DNA from: Candidatus Nomurabacteria bacterium | GTDB lineage: Bacteria; Patescibacteriota; Minisyncoccia; Phycocordibacterales; UBA5272 | Direction: 5' to 3' | Length of the DNA stretch: 64,000 nt | Assembly (NCBI GenBank): GCA_029288775.1 | Contig: JARIGQ010000006.1 | Span: 120-64,119, forward strand | Shown: positions 58,805-64,000 of the stretch, in pieces | How positions within the stretch are numbered: the stretch's first letter is position 1 | Layout of the letters: each line of letters starts with the position of its first letter | Notes under the pieces: generated by a model | The model's database searches: none | The model's input: the letters and a program-made list of their open reading frames with translations, nothing else | Told to the model about the DNA's origin: nothing | Position numbers and translations under genes: made by a program

Positions 58805-59864
58805 AAATTTCAATAAAGAATATTTTAATCTCTGGAAGGAACTTCCTTTGTTTGTGCTTTGTTTTATCAGATCTCTATTTCTTAAAAAGAAACAGAACAG
58901 CAAAAGAATTCTTATTGTAACACCGTGCCTCATAGGGGAATTTGTTGCAATTATTCCAGCTATTTTTGATTACATAGAAAGATACAAAGATTATGAGATA
59001 GATATTTTAGTAACCCCACAGTTAGAAGAGTTAGCTCGTAAAATTAAAGGTATTAAAGATGTTTACGTTACAAGTTCAGTGTATGAAAGGTTTGAAGAAA
59101 AAAAGATCACAGTAACTTTTCCTGCTTATAAAGCAACTCTTTGCCTTCGCATGAGTCCGCAAGCCTATAAAATAGTTAAATCACTTAATACAAATACAAT
59201 ATTTACCTTTACTACACCAATTCTTGCCTATGGACTTCATCTTCTACTTTGTCTAGTTAAGAGAACGAATCCAAAACGTTGGAGAGATGTCACTTTTGAA
59301 ATACTGCGAGGGGTAGACAGAAAGCTGCCAATTGATGATATGGTCATTCTTAATAAAGATAGCCCTATTAATTCATTACCAGGTAAGAAGATTGTACTAC
59401 ACACAACTGCGCACTGGGAAAATAAAAACTGGAGCAAGAACAAATGGATTGAATTACTCACTAAGATTAATTCTCTTGGAAATTTTTCCTTTATATTTAT
59501 AGGCGGAAAAGAAGACATGGAGACTTACAATCATATTTCAAAAAGTGTGTCATTTGAAACCTATTCTCTCATTTCAAAAACAAACCTTTCGGACACGCTA
59601 TCTCTTATGAGGGACGCAGATTACTTTATCGGTATTGATAGTGGGCCTAGTAATATGGCACACTTAGTTGGAATTAGAAGTATTACGCTTGTTGGGGTTT
59701 CTCCAAATATGTATATTTCCCCACATGAAGAAGATATCACGATTGATAAAACAGGAAAAAACAATTTACTTGCCATGTTTTTAAAGCTACAACACCCACC
59801 AATTAATCGAATCACTGCCGATGAAGTTTTTATTGAACTTGATAGTTGGGTCCATGGCACTTAA
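58788..59864 (+). CDS. Family 9 glycosyltransferase (heptosyltransferase-like)
   Basis: CLIGE, KNWSKNKW, FIGIDSGPSNMA. Confidence 0.8.
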   Translation: MKSKNRNFNKEYFNLWKELPLFVLCFIRSLFLKKKQNSKRILIVTPCLIGEFVAIIPAIFDYIERYKDYEIDILVTPQLEELARKIKGIKDVYVTSSVYERFEEKKITVTFPAYKATLCLRMSPQAYKIVKSLNTNTIFTFTTPILAYGLHLLLCLVKRTNPKRWRDVTFEILRGVDRKLPIDDMVILNKDSPINSLPGKKIVLHTTAHWENKNWSKNKWIELLTKINSLGNFSFIFIGGKEDMETYNHISKSVSFETYSLISKTNLSDTLSLMRDADYFIGIDSGPSNMAHLVGIRSITLVGVSPNMYISPHEEDITIDKTGKNNLLAMFLKLQHPPINRITADEVFIELDSWVHGT

Positions 59865-59930
59865 TTGGTACTACTCAATTTCACCAAGCGGTGGAATGTA
59901 TATGGATGTATCATTTAACTCTCTAAATAC

Positions 59931-59960
59931 AGTTCTAACTTCCTCTACTACGGCACACAA
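59931..59960. repeat. att site A3 with orphan recombinase tail
   Basis: 24/30 identical to A2; minus strand reads CAVVEEVRTVFRELNDTSIYIPPLGEIE*. Confidence 0.8.
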
Positions 59961-60029
59961 ACTAATTTTTACTAAGAATCTCCTTATGAAAGGGGGGGTT
60001 TTTAGTTCTAACCTAAGCCATTGCATTAG

Positions 60030-60072
60030 GTGTGGAGAGGTGTAGGGTAAAGTCCAAAAGAGAGATAGACTT
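60030..60072 (+). repeat. 43-bp cassette-head motif, copy M3
   Basis: GTGTGGAGAGGTGTAGGGTAAAGTCCAAAAGAGAGATAGACTT. Confidence 0.85.
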
Positions 60073-60078
60073 AAACAT

Positions 60079-60903
60079 ATGCTGTATTTTCTGCTAACTA
60101 TTATAGCCATAGGGGTTTTACTAATGAGTGAGCCAGGAAAAGCATTACTTAGATTCTTTTTGGGAGGAGGGTTGTTATTGGCGATATTGGGTGTAGTGCT
60201 AGCTATTTTATTTTTTGGTTTCTTTTTTATACACGATAATTTTCAAGAGATTTTAAACGTAATTGGAATTTTGCTCGTATTTGGAATTGGTATTTTTATA
60301 TTCGACAAAATTCAGAAATGGACCAGTAAGCATATTAAAGAGAGACACAAGAAATGGATTCCATGGTTATTGGTATTTTCGCCTGTTTTAATTCTTATTA
60401 TCGCTATACCAATTATGTGGGTTTCCTCAACGAACTCAACATCACAAGTAATAAATCAGGATATTCCAGCTATAGGAGCAAATGAGGAATATGCATCAAC
60501 CTCAAAATCCTTTAAGACTTTTAGTAACGAGCTATTTTCTTTCCAATACCCATCGCATCTTAAAGTTTTCCAAGACCCAAATAGCCCAGGTCAAATCTTT
60601 CTTTTAACTACTGAACAACCCGAAAAAGATGCTCGTGCAATAGTCGTTAGTTATGCAAATAACATTAACAATTTGACCCCAGAACAATGGATGCTTGGAC
60701 CTTACTCTGGTTATGATAAAAAAACTCAATTATTTAGAACTAAAATAGACGGGCAAGACGCCGTGTATGTTAAAGGCGGAATGTGGACGGTTGTAGATAC
60801 ACCAGATAAGAAGGTGCAGATAAGTATCGCGGACTTCCCATTTGAACAGTCTGAACTTTGGACTGAGATGGGAATAGTAATCCAAAGTTTTAAATTTAAG
60901 TAA
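60079..60903 (+). CDS. Multi-TM protein with C-terminal PsbP-like extracytoplasmic domain
   Basis: Four hydrophobic segments; FKTFSNELFSFQYP...IVIQSFKF. Confidence 0.7.
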   Translation: MLYFLLTIIAIGVLLMSEPGKALLRFFLGGGLLLAILGVVLAILFFGFFFIHDNFQEILNVIGILLVFGIGIFIFDKIQKWTSKHIKERHKKWIPWLLVFSPVLILIIAIPIMWVSSTNSTSQVINQDIPAIGANEEYASTSKSFKTFSNELFSFQYPSHLKVFQDPNSPGQIFLLTTEQPEKDARAIVVSYANNINNLTPEQWMLGPYSGYDKKTQLFRTKIDGQDAVYVKGGMWTVVDTPDKKVQISIADFPFEQSELWTEMGIVIQSFKFK

Positions 60904-61051
60904 TATGAAAAAATTTCTTTATAACAATTGGCTACAAATTCTAATTCTTTTACTAATATTTATGTTTTATAGACAATATAATATAGATAGGAATCTCCTT
61001 ACATAAGAGGGGAGTACCTTTTCATCTAACATGTGGTGCTATACTTTTCGA

Positions 61052-61330
61052 ATGGACCAATTCAAACCCAAGGAAAATAAAATTGAATCTCTACCGCAAA
61101 TGACATTGGGGGATGTGACATCCTTTATCCAAGATTGGAAACAAATGCTCGAAAGTGACTTTGTAAACGTTTCATTGATTGATAAAATCCTTAAAAATAT
61201 CAAAGAAGCTAAAGAGACATTAATCAAGGTCACACCAGAGAATGATGATCAAGAAGAGCGGATTAAGTCCGTTCTACAAGATTTGGATGACTTAGAAACT
61301 ACTTGTAATCAACGCAAGACGTTACATTAA
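61052..61330 (+). CDS. Hypothetical helical protein
   Basis: MDQFKPKENK start preceded by TGCTATACT. Confidence 0.55.
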   Translation: MDQFKPKENKIESLPQMTLGDVTSFIQDWKQMLESDFVNVSLIDKILKNIKEAKETLIKVTPENDDQEERIKSVLQDLDDLETTCNQRKTLH

Positions 61331-61333
61331 TTC

Positions 61334-61363
61334 AGTTCTAATTATCTCCACCACAGCACACCA
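61334..61363. repeat. att site A4 with orphan recombinase tail
   Basis: 26/30 identical to A2; minus strand reads WCAVVEIIRTELM*. Confidence 0.88.
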
Positions 61364-61407
61364 CAAACAAAAAGCAGTCGCAAGGCTGCTTTTTGTTTGT
61401 GGTGTGC
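61356..61407. terminator. 22-bp perfect hairpin starting at the att core
   Basis: GCACACCACAAACAAAAAGCAG-tcgcaagg-CTGCTTTTTGTTTGTGGTGTGC. Confidence 0.75.
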
Positions 61408-61548
61408 CGTCGAGGTGGGAAGAGGGTCGGAGAAACGGGAGTTTCTCCGTGGCGGAAAACAGCAAGCTTGCGAGCGTTAGAAACCGAGGGGTTTCTAAGC
61501 CAGCCAATAGCTGGCCGATAAGGCACACGGGTTGACTATTGCAATATA

Positions 61549-61591
61549 GTGTGGAGAGGTGTAGGGCAAAGGCAAAAATAGGAGTAAACTT
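61549..61591 (+). repeat. 43-bp cassette-head motif, copy M4
   Basis: GTGTGGAGAGGTGTAGGGCAAAGGCAAAAATAGGAGTAAACTT. Confidence 0.88.
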
Positions 61592-61622
61592 AAGACAACG
61601 CAATTAACAATAATAACCAGAT

Positions 61623-62810
61623 ATGTTTTGTAAAAAATGTGGTAACAATGTTTCGGCTGGCACAAAATACTGTGGCAAATGTGGAGAAAGGGTCGCTGAC
61701 ATTCCTAATGGTGACTACTCCAAGTATGTTGCTAGTCGAAGTAAGCGCTTTACCAACTATGTACTGGACCATATCTTCGGAATAATTCCTGTTTTCGTTT
61801 TTGTAACTATATGGGGGCTCGTAGGTTTTATCAATTCAGTTACTGGAAGCGAGGGAAATATTGCTTCTGAAATTACAAGCAGAATAATTCCTTTTCTAAT
61901 TGGGTTGTCAGTTTTAGGAGTTTTCCCTTTTTATCATGTTTTCTTTGAATACTTCTGGCAAAAGACACCAGCAAAATGGGTAACAAAAACTAAAGTTGTT
62001 AAGTTGGATGGTTCAAAGCCTGGCTTTTGGAGATTGATGGGAAGGAACTTTGCCCGATGGATTCCTTTCGAAGCTCTATCTTTTCTTTTTACTACTTATC
62101 CGAGAGGTTGGCACGATAGAGTAAGTGGAACCATGGTGGTGCCCGATAACTATACAACCCATGATGTACTTGCAACTAACCCTAGGAGTTCTGGTAAACT
62201 TTCAAAAACCTCTTTTGTACTTTCAGTAATTCTCGCCATTCTGTACGTTCTTGGCCTGCTTACGGGAGGTATAATCAATAGTGCTAATAATAATTCAGAA
62301 GTAAGCAAAGACTCATGGGTGAATTATGTTTCCACTGAGGATTCTTTTACTGTTTTGTTGCCTAAGTATCCAACCATAGAAAAGAAACAAGATATACCTA
62401 TAGAGGATTCTGACGTTACCTATGGTTACCATGAGTATCAAGCTGTGGACGGAAAGACATCATACTTTATTTTTAAATATGCTTATTCGGGGCTAAACAT
62501 TCAAGACGAAGACAAGGCGCTTAATCTTCTTGTTAACGGAATGGTTAACGCAACCGATGCAGAGAATCCTATTTCTTCGTTTGGATATTATAAAGGTTAC
62601 AGAAGTATAGACTTTTCATTTACTGCGAAGGGAGAGATGATAAAAGGTCGAGCGATGGTGGTAGGGCAGACCCCGTACCTCTTAATGATGGACTACTACC
62701 CAGAAAATTATAAAGAAGAAAATTATAACAAGTTCATAGATTCTTTTGTTATAAATTCATCCCAAAGCAATAATGAGTCACCACTTTTACTCCGTTTACT
62801 GCCACTTTAG
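61623..62810 (+). CDS. Zinc-ribbon + RDD + extracytoplasmic domain protein
   Basis: CKKCG...CGKCG; KRFTNYVLD; GWHDRVSGTMVV. Confidence 0.85.
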   Translation: MFCKKCGNNVSAGTKYCGKCGERVADIPNGDYSKYVASRSKRFTNYVLDHIFGIIPVFVFVTIWGLVGFINSVTGSEGNIASEITSRIIPFLIGLSVLGVFPFYHVFFEYFWQKTPAKWVTKTKVVKLDGSKPGFWRLMGRNFARWIPFEALSFLFTTYPRGWHDRVSGTMVVPDNYTTHDVLATNPRSSGKLSKTSFVLSVILAILYVLGLLTGGIINSANNNSEVSKDSWVNYVSTEDSFTVLLPKYPTIEKKQDIPIEDSDVTYGYHEYQAVDGKTSYFIFKYAYSGLNIQDEDKALNLLVNGMVNATDAENPISSFGYYKGYRSIDFSFTAKGEMIKGRAMVVGQTPYLLMMDYYPENYKEENYNKFIDSFVINSSQSNNESPLLLRLLPL

Positions 62811-62998
62811 TAATTCCAGCCGCAATGAGGAGTTGCGCTTCCACTACTTGTAATGTCGTCAGATATTACAGCGAAACGGCTGTAGTAAAAATTGTTGGTA
62901 TAGATTCTACTGGAAAGTGGTACAACATAAACGCCAAGGATGATTACGGTAACCCCTTGGAAGGATGGATGACGGTATCAGCTTTTTAAATAAAATAT

Positions 62999-63397
62999 AT
63001 GCACTGCGAAAATTGTGGCAATCAAATAAAAGATGGAAACACTTTCTGTGTAAACTGCGGACACAAAGCTCCAGAAAAGAGTGTTCGTGCTCTTAATGAG
63101 CTAGAGACAAAACCCTGGTTTAGATTCTTAAAGGTTTTATACATATTTGCCTTTTTTATTTTGTTGGTAATTGTATATTTTGTTTTCGATGAAAGTAGTA
63201 AGACATGGAATTATAGTTATTACTCAGGAGGCTCATACACCTATGATTATGGAGATGGGATCTGGTACGCCTTTCTTACTTATTTAGGTGGGTCTGCCTT
63301 TCTGAAGCTCATAAAAGTTTCTCTCTATTACGTTATGAGAGGTAGAAATCCTGATTGGGCGGTTGAATTCAAACGAGTGCTTAATCCTTTTTACTAA
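62999..63397 (+). CDS. Zinc-ribbon two-TM membrane protein
   Basis: CENCG...CVNCG; ELETKPWFRFLKV. Confidence 0.75.
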   Translation: MHCENCGNQIKDGNTFCVNCGHKAPEKSVRALNELETKPWFRFLKVLYIFAFFILLVIVYFVFDESSKTWNYSYYSGGSYTYDYGDGIWYAFLTYLGGSAFLKLIKVSLYYVMRGRNPDWAVEFKRVLNPFY

Positions 63398-63401
63398 AAA
63401 C

Positions 63402-63878
63402 ATGATTATATTTGGCTGGAATCACGTAACAATAAAGCAGATAGGAGTTACTTTTAAGAATCTTTGTGGCCATTGCCATAATAATGAATATTGGATTCTA
63501 ACTAGAAGGATAAAGTGGTTTACTCTCTTCTTTGTTCCTATTATTCCTTACTCAATAGAATACATATTAAGCTGTCCTATTTGTCAGTATGGTTCCGCCC
63601 TCCAAGAAGGAAAGCAATTAGAAGATATAAAGTTCTTAGCTGAAAATAACCAACTTTTAATGGACGGCAAAATTACTGTGGAGCAATATCAGGCAAAGTT
63701 TAATCAATTAGGCACAGGAGAAGAAAGCCAGATTCAAAACGTAGTAGCGGAAGTAAAAGAGGAAACGAAAGAACCAGAAACACTTAGTTTCTGTACAAAC
63801 TGTGGGACGAGTGTAACCAAGGAAATAAATTTTTGTGGTAATTGTGGAGTTAGTGTGGCTCAGCCTGTATCAGTTTAG
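63402..63878 (+). CDS. Zinc-ribbon domain protein
   Basis: MIIFGW, CGHC, WFTLFFVPIIPY, CPIC; C-terminal CTNCG...CGNCG. Confidence 0.8.
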   Translation: MIIFGWNHVTIKQIGVTFKNLCGHCHNNEYWILTRRIKWFTLFFVPIIPYSIEYILSCPICQYGSALQEGKQLEDIKFLAENNQLLMDGKITVEQYQAKFNQLGTGEESQIQNVVAEVKEETKEPETLSFCTNCGTSVTKEINFCGNCGVSVAQPVSV

Positions 63879-63906
63879 TTATCATCCTCTTCATCACAGC
63901 ACACCA
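63877..63906. repeat. att site A5 with orphan recombinase tail
   Basis: 24/30 identical to A4; minus strand reads WCAVMKRMITKL. Confidence 0.8.
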
Positions 63907-64000
63907 TGTAGAGGTTGTTTAAATTGGTTTACAAACGCTAGGAAGATACCTTCTCTCGAAGTTAGTCAAAGAGTAATAAGTGGGCCGCGTTTATTGTAGT

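Larger units (their letters stand above)
32684..63906. mobile_element. Tandem island / cassette array integrated at the tRNA-His 3' end (may continue past the window)
   Basis: att core GCACACCA at the tRNA end recurs at 51013, 61356 and 63899, with variants at 50425 and 59953; two serine recombinase genes; only accessory cargo. Confidence 0.85.

Noticed and set aside
59871-60110. 79-aa minus ORF (and 61322..61603) as genes
   Set aside because: Only the last codons are meaningful (recombinase tails); the rest runs antisense through motif M and hairpins
59974-61016. Short repeat GAATCTCCTTA at about 59976 and 60992
   Set aside because: Only 11 bp, in weak terminator-like hairpins; insufficient to call a third repeat family
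49070-61591. M or A repeats as a CRISPR array
   Set aside because: Copies are separated by 0.5-10 kb of genes rather than 30-40 nt spacers, and no cas genes are present
32659-63906. Prophage, classical integron or Xer/dif modules
   Set aside because: No terminase, capsid or tail genes, no tyrosine recombinase, no attC-like hairpins and no dif-like 28-bp palindromes seen
1-64000. Genetic code 25 (TGA=Gly), diversity-generating retroelement or retron
   Set aside because: Core genes are intact under code 11 and TGA ends ORFs; no reverse transcriptase or TR/VR pair seen

Overview
Chromosomal fragment of a small-genome bacterium, most consistent with Patescibacteria/CPR (Parcubacteria-like). This assignment is an inference from compact housekeeping genes, a type IV pilus ATPase, tRNA-Arg(GCG), many leaderless-type starts and genetic code 11. 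Positions 1-32.6 kb are core genome around the origin: yidC-rnpA-rpmH-dnaA-oriC-dnaN, PBP1A, tyrS, ruvABC, pilB, tsaE, polA, mutM, murE, rpsT, rplS and seven tRNAs, with a few GC-rich orphan genes and a candidate 6S-like RNA. From tRNA-His (32616-32691) to the window end lies an accessory region built by repeated integration at the tRNA 3' end. It holds two large serine recombinase genes whose 3' ends run through the att core. Five further 30-bp att-like sites each encode an orphaned recombinase C-terminal tail, and four copies of a 43-bp promoter-like motif each head an integrase-less cassette of membrane or surface genes. This integron-like, serine-recombinase-associated cassette array is the most striking signal. 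Cargo includes a 3637-aa SpvB/Rhs protein with a ~1700-aa insertion containing an apparently unnamed repeat, and a two-component/PAP2/DedA/DUF347 envelope regulon. All calls are by eye; no database searches were run.
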